Below, piece after piece: positions 30,101 through 38,204 of a DNA stretch of 64,000 bases. Below the pieces are notes generated by a model. It did not search any database and was not told the origin of the DNA. It saw only the letters and a program-made list of their open reading frames with translations. The translations under genes were made by a program, and so were the position numbers. The stretch lies in the sequence record OR067834.1; one strand, given 5' to 3'. This DNA comes from Escherichia phage KKP 3715. Position 1 is the first letter of the stretch; each line of letters opens with the position of its first letter.

Positions 30101-33100
30101 ATATGACCTGCGTGAGGGTGCTACCGATGACCTGTTACGTGCAGGTGCTGAACAGATTGAACGTAACCTACGTAACATTGCTCTGGGTGTAGATATTCGT
30201 CACAAAGTGATGAACCAGGTACAGACCACTGTTGACCAGATGGCTGCTGTAGGTGCTCCTTATGTGAACAACGGTAAAATCTCTCTGGAAGGTCTGACTG
30301 TAGACCAGCAAGTAGCTAAGCTAAACGAACTATTTGATGCTGAATTAAATAAGCGTCGTGATGCAGTACGTGCTGCTAAAGCAGAACCTGTTAAAGAAGT
30401 GCCAGCTATGGAACAAGTTGGTCGTGTACTGAAGTCTGGTGTACGTCTGTTGTCTAATACTGCTATCACTAAGCTGGCTAAAGAGATGACTTCTGAACAG
30501 CAAGCAGTATTGAAAGAAGTACAGAAATCCCTTGCTGCTAAAGACTACAAGGTTGTTTACGGTACTCCTGCTCAACTGGATGCTTATGCTATTGAGAAGA
30601 ACATTACTCGCCCAGCACCGGAAGATATTGAAGCTGCCGAAGCTGGTAATGCATATGGCTGGACTAACTTTGATGATAAAACCATCTACTTAGTTACCCC
30701 TTCCTTAGAGACTCTGGTTCATGAATTAGTACATGCTTCTACTTTTGAATCTGTACTGGCTCACTATGAGGGTACTCCTAACGAAGCAGTCCAGAACATC
30801 GAAGATCTTATGAACCAGTTCCGTACTCTGGATGTTAAGAACGAATCCCCGGCAGTACGTGAAGCATATGCTGATGCACTCAATACCATTAACGGTCACT
30901 TGTCTAATGGCTTTATTGAACCTGCAATGGCTAAAGCTGCTGCACTGAATGAGTACATGGCATGGGGCTTAACCAATCGTGAACTGATTGGTAAGCAGAA
31001 GAAGACCACTGCACTGAAAACTATGGTTCAGTCTGTGTATGAAGCAATCAAGCGTCTGGTATTTGGTCGCAAGAAAGCACCTGCTAATGCAGATGATATG
31101 TTCTCCGGATTACTGTTTAACTCTTCAGTAGTTATGCGTGGGCAGGCTCCTACTGCTGCTGTATCCAAAGACACTACCTTGTTCCATAACAAAGCATATG
31201 GAGATAATACCCGTCTTGAAGAATTGGGGCAGACCTTTGATAAGCTGATTACTAACTACATTGGTTCTGAACCAGTGCAGCAAGTAATTCGTAAAGGTAA
31301 GTTCTCTGATGCAGTAGTGAATGCAACTAAAGTAACTCGTGATGTTCAGGCTTATGGCTTTACCATGAATATGCAGGAACAGCGATTGTTCACTAATATC
31401 GTTGCTGCTTTGGCTACTGAAGCTGCTATTAGTCCGGCTGCTCTTTCTCGTGCACAGGAATACTATGCACACGTTACTAAGAACCTGACCGTTGAATCAT
31501 TCATGGCTGACCCGGATAGTACTAACCCTGCTGACCGTTACTATGCTCAACAGAAGTTCGATACCATCATGGGTGCTAACAATATTGAGTTTGATGCACA
31601 AGGTCGTTCTTCCTTACTGCCTACCTTTGTTGGTCTGGCAATGGTAAGTGAAGAGGTGCGTAACGTACTGGCTAACATTCCTGTTATGAAAGCAGATAAG
31701 AAATCTGGTAATACCGTTGATGCAATGCTGACTAACATTGGTACTGCTGCAATGTCTAGCCTGAACGCTCGTGTAGCAGGTGATACCAAAGCTACTAACG
31801 TACAGGAAGGTATGGATGCACTGGCTCAGACAATCATGCAGACAAGTCTTAATGCACAGTCATTCTATGATTCCGTTGCTACTCCTAGTGGTAATGCTAT
31901 TGACCGTGCTAACCAGTATCTGGTGGATTCTATTGATGCACTGTCTACTCGTGCTTTAGAAAGTGCTCGTGAAGTTGCAGCTAATACCAAGAACCCATTG
32001 GTTAAGGGTGCTGCTCATGCTGCACAATTGGTGGCTGCTATTGCTACTGAGAAGAACGGTGCAATCGTGGCAGAAGGTGTTATGGCTGCAATGAACCAGG
32101 GCAAGGTATGGCAACCTTTCCACGACTTGGTTAATGACTTAACTGGTCGTACTAAGAGCAATGCTTCTGTATACGATTTGATTAAAGCAGTTCGTGCACA
32201 GGTACAGGCTGACCGTCAGCAGTTCCGTGAACATCTGCCTACCACTATCGCATCTAAGTTCAGCCGTAAGCTGACTAACGATGAGTGGAAAGCAATGCAC
32301 ACCGGTATGGGTAAAACTGACTTAGCTGTTCTGCGTGACACTATGTCTCTGGCTGAAATCCGTGACCTGCTGTCTGACCAGAAGATTGTTGACCGTGAAG
32401 TGAATAAGCTGGAAGCAGATTTGCAGAAACAAGCTGGTCGTAACTGGCCTCTGATTAACCGTAAATCTAAGCAACTGGCTCAGTACATGATTAACGGTAC
32501 GGTCGGTAATAACCTGCTGCGTAATGCTACTGCAATCTCCCGTATGCTGGGTGAACGTCAGGCTGCTCGCTCTACTGTAGATGTAGCTCAACTGGATAAA
32601 CTGATTACCCTGTATGCACTGGAAGCAATGAACAAGTCCGACCGTGAGACGTTATCTTCACTGGCTCAGACAGAAGTTGAGGGAATGGACTTTGCTACTT
32701 CTTACCTGGTTGGACAACGTAAAGATGAAATGGCTAAAGCCAAGTCTGATATGCGTGCAACCCTGAACCAGTACAAAGGGCATATTCCTAGTGAGACTAA
32801 ACAGGGTGTTAATCTGATTGTTGCTGAAGATAGCCAGTTTGCTGATTTGATTGAGAAGTCCTATGTACGTCTGGGTACTTATCAAGGTAGCTCTGCTAAC
32901 CGTGGTCCGGCACGTAGCTATTACTTTGCACCAGTACAGGCACAGGCTCCTTTCTCACAGGGTATCCTACAGAACGTTCGTAATACTGCTGGTGGTGTAG
33001 ACCTCGGCACAGGCTTTACGATGGGTTCCATGGTAGCTGGTCGTATTACTGACAAGCCTTCCGTAGACCGTATCACTAAAGCACTGGCTCGTGGCGAACG

Positions 33101-34523
33101 TGGTAATGAACCACTGCTGCCTGTATATGACGATAAAGGTAATGTAGTTGCCTATGAGCAATCCATTGACCCTAATATGCTGAAGCACATTGAGGGTGAG
33201 AACCATCTTGCCCGTGCAATCGGCGTATGGCGTGGTCGTCAGGTGGAAGAAGCTAAGGCTCAGCGTTTCAACGATATGCTGATTGAGAACCTGCATAGCA
33301 TGTATGAGAACGACATTAAGATGTCTGCCTCTAATAAGTCCCAGTACGTTAACCTTCTTGGTTCTAAATTGGACCCAGTAACTGCTGATGCTCTTAAGCT
33401 AATGAATAGTGAAACCCGTCAGAAAGCAGAGAGTTTGTTCGGTGAGGGTGAACTGTGGGTACGTCGTGACATGCTTAATGATGCACTTGGTTATCGTGCA
33501 GCTTCTGTAGGTGATGCCTGGTCTGGTAATTCTCGTTGGTCTCCGGAAACATTGGATACCTTTAAGAAAGCTATGCTGGGTGTATTTGGTAACCGTGCCT
33601 ATAAGTACACAATGGGTGGTGAGAACCTGGTTCAAAACTTAGTTAAAGAAGCTAAGACTCTGATTGTAGTTAAGTCAGTAGTCGTACCTGCTGTTAACTT
33701 CTTAGCTAACCTTTACCAGATGGTTGCCCGTGGTGTACCGGTTAAGAACATTGCTAAGAGCATTCCACAGAAGACTGCTGAGATTAACCAGTACCTTAAA
33801 TCACGTCTGCGTCAGGTAGATGCAGAAGCAGAATTACGTGCAGCTACTAACCCGAACCAGATTCGTAAACTTAAGGCTGAGATTCAGTCCATTACTGATA
33901 GCCATAAGCGTATGAGTATCTGGCCTCTGTTGGAAGCCGGTGAGTTCTCTTCAATTGCAGACGCTGGTATTGGTCGTGATGACATCCTGATTACTGAAGG
34001 CAAACTCCACGAATACATGGATAAGCTGGCAGATAAGTTACCTAAGTCTGTGCGTACTGCCGGTCGTTATGCACTTATTACTAAGGATACTGCTCTGTTC
34101 CAGGGTATCCAGAAGACGGTTGAGTACTCTGACTTTATCGCTAAAGCAATCATCTATGATGAACTGACTCAGCGTAAAGGTAAGACTCGTGAAGAAGCAC
34201 TTGGGCGTGTAACGGAAGAGTTCGTTAACTATGACCGTTTACCTGGTCGCTTCCGTGGGTACATGGAAAGTGTTGGTTTAATGTGGTTCTACAACTTTAA
34301 GATTCGTTCAGCTAAGGTTGCTGTGTCCATGATTCGTAATAACCCTGTACATGCAACAATGGCGATGCTGGCTCCAACTCCTACCATGTTTGGTAACGTT
34401 GGCTTACCTATTCAGGACAACATCTTTAGTATTGCTGCTAAGGGTAGTCTGGATTACTCATGGGGCTTTGGTCAGGGTCTTCGTGCTCACAACCTGAACC
34501 CTTGGATGAACCTGGTAAACTAA
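24153..34523 (+). CDS. virion-encapsidated RNA polymerase (giant, N4 vRNAP-like)
   Basis: 3456-aa ORF, the hallmark of N4-like phages. Track start is TTG at 24153; ATG at 24171 with AGGAAA RBS is the more likely start. Confidence 0.9.
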   Translation: MNRKHAMSTFDRLAGFADSITNAKQVDVSTATSQKQAAQGQSPFQLTPENAYNLQTGRVGNLGIGAFEPDSLQADFTQASPLEIINKYGNEQGLQILNSRANAADVVRQDLSKQRTNAEAFGDTLSGVGLGVANTLGGIAALGTGLVNDNAGATIASGMDWLNEGVHNLQSDALNATRKVVQNQNQISAQKNQKLYEEDIKNGESDLVASLSRIGRDAFDSVANTLDNGMAASDGLSEGVGSLFTGGPLIRGVSALGKVMVGGDKAVKGITLAAGLGSRPAQVALSAGRVAAPAIAIGGMEAGGAYQQTASEIMKMSHQELASKSPVYQQHIADGLSPDEARRQTASETGIIAAGLTAPVAAATGPLVSRFELNPLKVGSLAGAGSNMLRETVEEGIQSGFGQYAQNRAIKENVDASRDVLKGVGEQAGLGALYGFGSAGVAQAPGATVKAAGAAAGPALRTTLAGASLVGKTLAKAASPLTNILVQRGEEVAKRNEQASPVADATVNAAAQEAAAQAEQAQATVQEAVDAMDISPEEKAAATQYAADLTQAMKFDPVELEQANPTIREAVSGSTNRVEAIQKMADLVNTAEDPNVQMEAAIQMYDNIMSMDSFINRDPGALANLEQGSPAAAIVDQFSGLMANVQNTPKVLRAFRAIHSMIQEQAEAGKLKATEEANQAQANNIAMAADVSPEVLDADSVNMVLKHASEGKITLGNRQRAALQSAAALLQGAREFDAKAEELGLRPQDIVSKQIKTDESRSNEGQYSALQHAKRIRSAYNSGNFDLASAYLSDFMKFAQHMQNKVGALNEHLISGNADKNKSVHYQALSPSREWVRSRTGLGVNPYDTKSVKFAQQVGLEAKTVADIANALATAYPELNVSHVKVTSLDSRLNKPAAQVVKEFRQGGLDATQSQQTNEPVNQVDESPAPVQEDTTTVQPKAKPVVENKTAPTKETSPKTEEVSTTKSETVEATPTNEDTIQEVAKTKTEMETVFPVYNNEKTPNQFLKAFTLPEEPKSRTVGSESPLADIKQALSSVARFEAFTQKENNVLTGDVIKRYQDLMDFGETLKTTLSERLAKFLANKNVGKRFAEGTEANRWVGGKLLNIVERDGDTFKFNDQLLETAVLAGLQWRLTATQNAAIKDMKDVAAITGVEASLLPEGILAEFENAQTLVEATNSLAQKIESYWGLNRNPNAPLGYTKGIPMAMATEILSSLIEMGEVKESMLDVSEIDPDSNKTVGLYTIEKLDDNDAINKFPTAIEEAVLLEPEEKMYFDDDIPSVAQTQLRNPAVKNTPEQKAALKAEQATEFRVHMPMVNFYEALGRDNILELMGAGTLNPDLLNKNTAKSLEGKNLSVSMAYDSLFGVINQIREQENGLDTPIHYGYNMTRVGRMQMLGKNNPQSSKLVREAILPTFSTIDLSNENSQAFSDFQLGLAQALGIKVHKMSREAMSENLTKALEGNLKPAVDMMVEFDKAGYLPTDAVDILKTSLGDNKSFVALMALMEYARYLNSDDRANFTTPLYVEADGVTNGPINAMVLMTGGKFTPDWIKNTAKGGLFFGRAGKTMNEHCSIDDNVDLYEASTNGLQQALNELRTTYRNNVPVMSQMNHLQKLMDLFIKDFNLNEDGTLDLKRGIAKNPLTITIYGSGARGIAGKMVSAITDTIYERFSDVLQARAADPSISPAMAMFGKEAASEADAQAMLDTFLTSMEALTGNVPVMRKGELSIQQVDGALTGKLDPQKFTVSGNALKNLQENMLHLFVEPMRTGIRNTVGEGLMHSTENLQKATQIQSLVLQDMFQQAVQAKLAEKEKDPTWKKGDFLTQKELNEIQESLSPLAPMIETGSQTFYIAGSENTDVANQVLATNLDDRMRVPMSIYAPSQAGVAGIPFMTIGTGDGMMMQTLSTMKGAPKNTLKIFDGMNIGISDITDASRKANEAVYTSWQGNPIKNVYDSYAKFMKNVDFSKLSDETKQAIAKSALEYDLREGATDDLLRAGAEQIERNLRNIALGVDIRHKVMNQVQTTVDQMAAVGAPYVNNGKISLEGLTVDQQVAKLNELFDAELNKRRDAVRAAKAEPVKEVPAMEQVGRVLKSGVRLLSNTAITKLAKEMTSEQQAVLKEVQKSLAAKDYKVVYGTPAQLDAYAIEKNITRPAPEDIEAAEAGNAYGWTNFDDKTIYLVTPSLETLVHELVHASTFESVLAHYEGTPNEAVQNIEDLMNQFRTLDVKNESPAVREAYADALNTINGHLSNGFIEPAMAKAAALNEYMAWGLTNRELIGKQKKTTALKTMVQSVYEAIKRLVFGRKKAPANADDMFSGLLFNSSVVMRGQAPTAAVSKDTTLFHNKAYGDNTRLEELGQTFDKLITNYIGSEPVQQVIRKGKFSDAVVNATKVTRDVQAYGFTMNMQEQRLFTNIVAALATEAAISPAALSRAQEYYAHVTKNLTVESFMADPDSTNPADRYYAQQKFDTIMGANNIEFDAQGRSSLLPTFVGLAMVSEEVRNVLANIPVMKADKKSGNTVDAMLTNIGTAAMSSLNARVAGDTKATNVQEGMDALAQTIMQTSLNAQSFYDSVATPSGNAIDRANQYLVDSIDALSTRALESAREVAANTKNPLVKGAAHAAQLVAAIATEKNGAIVAEGVMAAMNQGKVWQPFHDLVNDLTGRTKSNASVYDLIKAVRAQVQADRQQFREHLPTTIASKFSRKLTNDEWKAMHTGMGKTDLAVLRDTMSLAEIRDLLSDQKIVDREVNKLEADLQKQAGRNWPLINRKSKQLAQYMINGTVGNNLLRNATAISRMLGERQAARSTVDVAQLDKLITLYALEAMNKSDRETLSSLAQTEVEGMDFATSYLVGQRKDEMAKAKSDMRATLNQYKGHIPSETKQGVNLIVAEDSQFADLIEKSYVRLGTYQGSSANRGPARSYYFAPVQAQAPFSQGILQNVRNTAGGVDLGTGFTMGSMVAGRITDKPSVDRITKALARGERGNEPLLPVYDDKGNVVAYEQSIDPNMLKHIEGENHLARAIGVWRGRQVEEAKAQRFNDMLIENLHSMYENDIKMSASNKSQYVNLLGSKLDPVTADALKLMNSETRQKAESLFGEGELWVRRDMLNDALGYRAASVGDAWSGNSRWSPETLDTFKKAMLGVFGNRAYKYTMGGENLVQNLVKEAKTLIVVKSVVVPAVNFLANLYQMVARGVPVKNIAKSIPQKTAEINQYLKSRLRQVDAEAELRAATNPNQIRKLKAEIQSITDSHKRMSIWPLLEAGEFSSIADAGIGRDDILITEGKLHEYMDKLADKLPKSVRTAGRYALITKDTALFQGIQKTVEYSDFIAKAIIYDELTQRKGKTREEALGRVTEEFVNYDRLPGRFRGYMESVGLMWFYNFKIRSAKVAVSMIRNNPVHATMAMLAPTPTMFGNVGLPIQDNIFSIAAKGSLDYSWGFGQGLRAHNLNPWMNLVN

Positions 34524-34532
34524 AATAAAAAA

Positions 34533-34550
34533 GCCCCTCTAATGAGGGGC
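34533..34550. terminator. bidirectional intrinsic terminator (GCCCCTC-TAAT-GAGGGGC) between convergent genes
   Basis: A-tract upstream and T-rich tract downstream on the plus strand give U-tracts in both orientations. Confidence 0.7.
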
Positions 34551-34557
34551 TTCTATT

Positions 34558-34890
34558 TTACTTCTTAGCTACAAGAATTTTTTTACCAGTCTTGATTACA
34601 TAATCAATCTTGTTGGCTTCAAAATGAATATCTACAAAATCAGCATGTACACTTTGATAAGTACCATTGTTTCTACGAATACCTAACTTCTTACAGAGAA
34701 CCATTGCAATTCCTGTATCTGGTACGGCAATCCAATTACTACCATCAATTTGTACATCACAGCCAAAGGTTAAACGGTGTCTTGCTTTACGATGTACATG
34801 CAATCCACCAATACGCTTTGGTATAAGCTGACCTTTCTTAAAGAGTTCCATAGTGCCCCTAGAATCTTTTGATTCATTTAGTAAGAACAT
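34558..34890 (-). CDS. hypothetical protein
   Basis: 110-aa ORF, probably starting at an internal Met (MELFKKG); basic, GGLHVHRKARH segment. Confidence 0.45.
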   Translation of the reverse strand: MFLLNESKDSRGTMELFKKGQLIPKRIGGLHVHRKARHRLTFGCDVQIDGSNWIAVPDTGIAMVLCKKLGIRRNNGTYQSVHADFVDIHFEANKIDYVIKTGKKILVAKK

Positions 34891-34903
34891 ACAGATATGA
34901 TAA

Positions 34904-34933
34904 AGCCCTCACTAGGAGGGCTTGTTTTGTTTT
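34904..34933 (+). terminator. second plus-oriented terminator hairpin (AGCCCTC-ACTAG-GAGGGCT then TGTTTTGTTTT)
   Basis: Read from sequence; lies 350 nt after the vRNAP terminator and would block late read-through into the minus-strand genes. Confidence 0.5.
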
Positions 34934-35003
34934 GGCTTCTAGAGCCTTACCACATGTCGGGTAGTTCTGTACCTTTCGGTAAAAACTACCTTACCCTTAT
35001 TTG

Positions 35004-35384
35004 TTAAATGGTACAACCACCACCATCACAGGTGTTGATTTCTGCAAAGGAAGCCAGAGCCTTAGCAGTTTCCTCTTTCTCATGCAGTACCTGCCGTAGC
35101 AGGTAACCCTCTTTTTCCCAAATCTTATCGAATGCTTTTTCATATGCATACTGACGGCCTTTCTGCTCATCATAGATAGCCGGGTCAACACAGGCAGATA
35201 CACCTTCAACTTTGAAGCCGTTTTCCAGGATGATAATACAATGGGTTGTCAGACCCAGATTAGCCAAATCATCTGCTGGAATTGCAGATGGGTCAACGAA
35301 TGCAGACTTCACTGCATCTGCACCATTGAAATAGTAGACGCTCTTAATTTTAGCTTCGATTGATTCTTTACTTACTGTTGCCAT
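35004..35384 (-). CDS. hypothetical protein
   Basis: 126-aa ORF with a C-terminal CDGGGC motif. Confidence 0.5.
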   Translation of the reverse strand: MATVSKESIEAKIKSVYYFNGADAVKSAFVDPSAIPADDLANLGLTTHCIIILENGFKVEGVSACVDPAIYDEQKGRQYAYEKAFDKIWEKEGYLLRQVLHEKEETAKALASFAEINTCDGGGCTI

Positions 35385-35553
35385 TATTAGCCTCGTAGAG
35401 TGGTTTGAGTTTGTATTTAAACATGACTGCGTTGTTATAGGCTACGCTACCTGCAAACACCAAAGACTTACGTCCCCGGTTATCCGTTACCTCATAGGCA
35501 TACGGGGTTAAGATTAGGTCAATCATATGAATCGTCCTATAAGTAGTTCTCAA
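35368..35553 (-). CDS. hypothetical small protein (questionable)
   Basis: 61-aa ORF with TTG start lying inside the U-tract of the upstream terminator; an internal ATG at 35526 is possible. Confidence 0.3.
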   Translation of the reverse strand: MRTTYRTIHMIDLILTPYAYEVTDNRGRKSLVFAGSVAYNNAVMFKYKLKPLYEANNGNSK

Positions 35554-35590
35554 ATAAAAAAGTCCCCCAGAGTGACGGCTCTGAGGGACT
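35551..35590 (-). terminator. intrinsic terminator (12-bp stem, then UUUUUUAUUU on the minus strand)
   Basis: Plus 35561-35572 agtcccccagag pairs with 35579-35590 ctctgagggact (one mismatch); closes the tRNA-region transcript. Confidence 0.65.
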
Positions 35591-35826
35591 TAGTGACTTT
35601 AACGCAGTCAACGAGGCAGGCCGTCAAACTACTATCACTACAGGGTTAAGCGACCATGGGTTGATAGCCCGATAGTAGTAAGACGTAGGTTTGGATTTCT
35701 AAGTGTTACCTTCACTAGCGAAATTCCCGTCGAGGGGAATAACAATACATTAGCAGCCACTGGACTGTCTTACCAGTGTTGTCTTTAGAGTGCTGTGCAA
35801 TCAGGACTATGTTACTGCTGAATGGG

Positions 35827-35900
35827 TGTCCACTACTGGATTTGAACCAGTGACCTTCTGATTATTAGTCAGTTGCTTTCCCAGTCTAAGCTAAGTGGAC
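35827..35900 (-). tRNA. tRNA gene (cloverleaf parsed by eye; anticodon loop reads CUAAUAA, i.e. anticodon AAU, Ile-like; identity uncertain)
   Basis: Minus strand: acceptor GTCCACT/AGTGGAC, D-arm GCTT-AGACTGGGA-AAGC, anticodon stem ACTGA/TCAGA, T-arm ACTGG-TTCAAAT-CCAGT, discriminator A; 74 nt. Confidence 0.6.
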
Positions 35901-35909
35901 ATAATATGA

Positions 35910-35982
35910 TTACCCGGGCAGGAATCGAACCTGCGTCCTAGTTAGTTTACTAGTGGGGCTTTACCACTAAGCCTACCGGGTA
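35910..35982 (-). tRNA. tRNA gene with atypical anticodon arm (4-bp stem with 8-nt loop, or 5-bp stem with 6-nt loop); identity undetermined
   Basis: Minus strand: perfect acceptor TACCCGG/CCGGGTA, D-arm GGCT-TAGTGGTAA-AGCC, T-arm GCAGG-TTCGATT-CCTGC; anticodon region CUAG-UAAACUAA-CUAG. Confidence 0.55.
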
Positions 35983-36796
35983 TTAATGGAAGGGTAGTGC
36001 AGCCTTACACTGCCACAGATTGACTGCCTCGTAACTAGTACGAGCTACCCATAATAGGGTGAGGCTGTACCTCTGGGTGTAGCAGCCCAGTGTTGTGCAC
36101 CTACTGTAGAACATAAGTACAGCCTCAATTAGGTGAGTCATGCCAGGCTCTAACTGGCTCCTTCTTCGCAATCCTTACATACCCCTACATAATTATTGCG
36201 TTAAGCTTTTTTTGTTTAAGTTTAAGTGAAGGCGTTCTTGCTGACTCATTGTTTGGTTTCCTGATTACATGGGCTTCCACCATATCATGACGAGTTTGAG
36301 TCTGTGGAGCGACTTCCTCAATGCAGTTACCTGCCACCAGTAAACTGGCGTTCTTTGGTCCATCGTCTTCAACCATACTGTCTTAACCATATAGGGATTC
36401 AGGCAGTTTTGGCGGTAATCAGGAAATCTGGTTTGAGATGGGAGTCCGAGTCCTGTACAGCCTTACCGTCTCCACATTGGCAGCGTATCTAGAATAGCAC
36501 TTCCGGGTACGGATTTAACTGTTACATCTCAAATAGGGTAGGGGCGTCCAGAGGTTTCATCTAGTACTTACGCCGTCGTATTTACGACTTACCCCCATAA
36601 TTCCTTTAATCCAAAGAAATAATCTTTAAATATTCTCTTGTTAGATGAGGAGTTTGACGAATGACTAGTTCGTTACTACCTCGTTGTTTGCCATAAGTAC
36701 CTGGCGACTTCTATTTGGTTTTACCAATTCAGAGTAACACTCACACAAGAATGTGTCTTTGAATACCGGGAAGTATAAACGAGTGCTACTTTGAAT

Positions 36797-36830
36797 TGGT
36801 TACCAGTGAAGGATTCGAACCTCCGGTTGG
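36797..36830 (-). ncRNA. tRNA-like element: canonical T-arm plus acceptor 3-prime strand, discriminator and encoded CCA; 5-prime half not canonical
   Basis: Minus strand reads GGAGG-TTCGAAT-CCTTC-ACTGGTA-A-CCA. The only complementary acceptor partner (UGCCAGU) lies about 120 nt upstream at about 36914-36920. Confidence 0.3.
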
Positions 36831-36922
36831 AGTCTATAGCTTACCGCAGCAGCCCTCCAATCTAGCGGTGTCACACTTAGTCCAAACTTGAACATGTCAA
36901 GCCATCTCGTGCAACTGGCAAT

Positions 36923-36988
36923 TGGTTCCGGCGTCTGGACTCGAACCAGAACACTCATGTCGTGCACGACACTAGTACCTACACCGGA
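36923..36988 (-). ncRNA. tRNA-like minihelix (7-bp acceptor, T-arm, encoded CCA) of only ~63 nt, lacking separate D and anticodon arms
   Basis: Minus strand: UCCGGUG ... central hairpin UGUCG-UGCA-CGACA ... UCUGG-UUCGAGU-CCAGA-CGCCGGA-A-CCA. Confidence 0.35.
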
Positions 36989-37050
36989 ATAGTTGCCAGG
37001 GATTCCACCTGGCTCCATCTGTTTTTATAGTCACTCAGATATCGTCTGGA

Positions 37051-37126
37051 CTATGACCATCTGGGGATTCGAACCCTCATCTCGGTGGCCAACCGTGCAT
37101 TTGCCTCATGCTACTCTGGTCATAGT
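37051..37126 (-). ncRNA. tRNA-like structured element (9-bp acceptor-like helix enclosing a GGTTCGAATCC T-loop-like motif)
   Basis: Plus 37051-37059 ctatgacca pairs with 37118-37126 tggtcatag; internal GGGTTCGAATCCCC; T-stem weak. Confidence 0.3.
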
Positions 37127-37802
37127 TGGTCCCCCGTTTCTAATACATGGACGGGAGAACTCCACGATCGTTTGTTAATCAGGACGACTCACTCCTGACT
37201 GAGGTTACGCTGTTAGGCGACCATCAGATACGCTTCTTCGTTTGCATTTATGTTATTGGTTCGTTTCTAAAAAACCGCATAATCGCTACGAAAACTATCA
37301 ATGAGTACACTCTGTGGATTCATTTTACAGGGACTTCATTTCATTCCCTGACCTCAATCAAATGTACTCATTGATAGCCCATAATAGGAGGGAGGGGACG
37401 AATCCTCCCTTTATACCCTATGTTGCATGTAAGATCTAACAGTTCGGTGTTGTAGACGGATGGGCTTATGCTTACCGGCATTAAACTCCCGCCCCCTTAT
37501 TGGGCTGGGTTAATTAATATACTCAACATTGAGCAGTTAGTTTGATAAGGGATCTGAAGCCTTATCCCAAAGATACTAACCTTTGGGATATAGCCTAAGA
37601 TTCAGAAATGGCCCCTATAGGAGAGGCCATTGATTAACCCGAATGTTGCTTTACATTTTCTGAGGTAACCAATTCTTAAAATAGTCTGTCTGACGGATGG
37701 GGGGCCACCCCTAGCGTCAGTGCCATACGGCAAAGATTAAGTTAAGAAAGGTTATGATAGGAGTTCCTATCTCAAAGGATTCTGACAGAACCCTTCACGA
37801 TA

Positions 37803-38069
37803 TTAACTACTCTTTTTCAATGCTTCAACTTCACCATCTTTATACCAAGTATAAGGTATTAAGATTTTGCAGCCTTCTGAATCAATGTGGAATGCTTTGT
37901 TTCCTTCAGCGGGTTCTCCACCCATGAAAGAACTAACCTTTCCATTGAGCCAGTGAATAGTAAATTTGTTCATATTAACCCCGATTGAACCAATGGACTG
38001 GGGAGAGTATTCCAATCCACTGGTTCGGTTGTTGTTATTCTGGCGGCTTGTCACCACCGTGTTTACCAC
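37803..38069 (-). CDS. hypothetical protein
   Basis: 88-aa ORF; likely starts at an internal Met (MNKFTIHWLNGK). Confidence 0.4.
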   Translation of the reverse strand: MVNTVVTSRQNNNNRTSGLEYSPQSIGSIGVNMNKFTIHWLNGKVSSFMGGEPAEGNKAFHIDSEGCKILIPYTWYKDGEVEALKKSS

Positions 38070-38204
38070 TGCATTTCCACAGGATAATGACAGTGATGAT
38101 AAAAGCTATGTATGGAGCCGACACGTCTATAATCCTGACTAGTAGTAGCATCAGGACTATAAACACTACCACACCTAGCAGCAGCTTCTGAGCCACCTAC
38201 CAGA

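Noticed and set aside
8464-34922. Recurring GCCCCTC/GAGGGGC hairpins as a possible CRISPR-like or repeat array
   Set aside because: Copies are tens of kb apart, each sits directly after a stop codon with a T-rich tail, and there are no regularly spaced repeats; they are terminators.
35983-36492. Small ORFs (62-63 aa) in the ORF-poor region
   Set aside because: Non-ATG starts, no RBS, overlapping each other on both strands; likely chance frames in structured non-coding DNA.
36800-37018. 72-aa minus-strand ORF in the tRNA-like region
   Set aside because: It reads straight through two T-arm/acceptor elements (translation includes the reverse of GGTTCGAATCC); tRNA-like RNA is the more parsimonious explanation.
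36808-37078. Reading the ATTCGAA motifs as plus-strand tRNA T-loops
   Set aside because: TTCGAA is palindromic, but only the minus-strand reading gives paired T-stems, adjacent acceptor strands and encoded CCA; the plus-strand reading gives mismatched stems.
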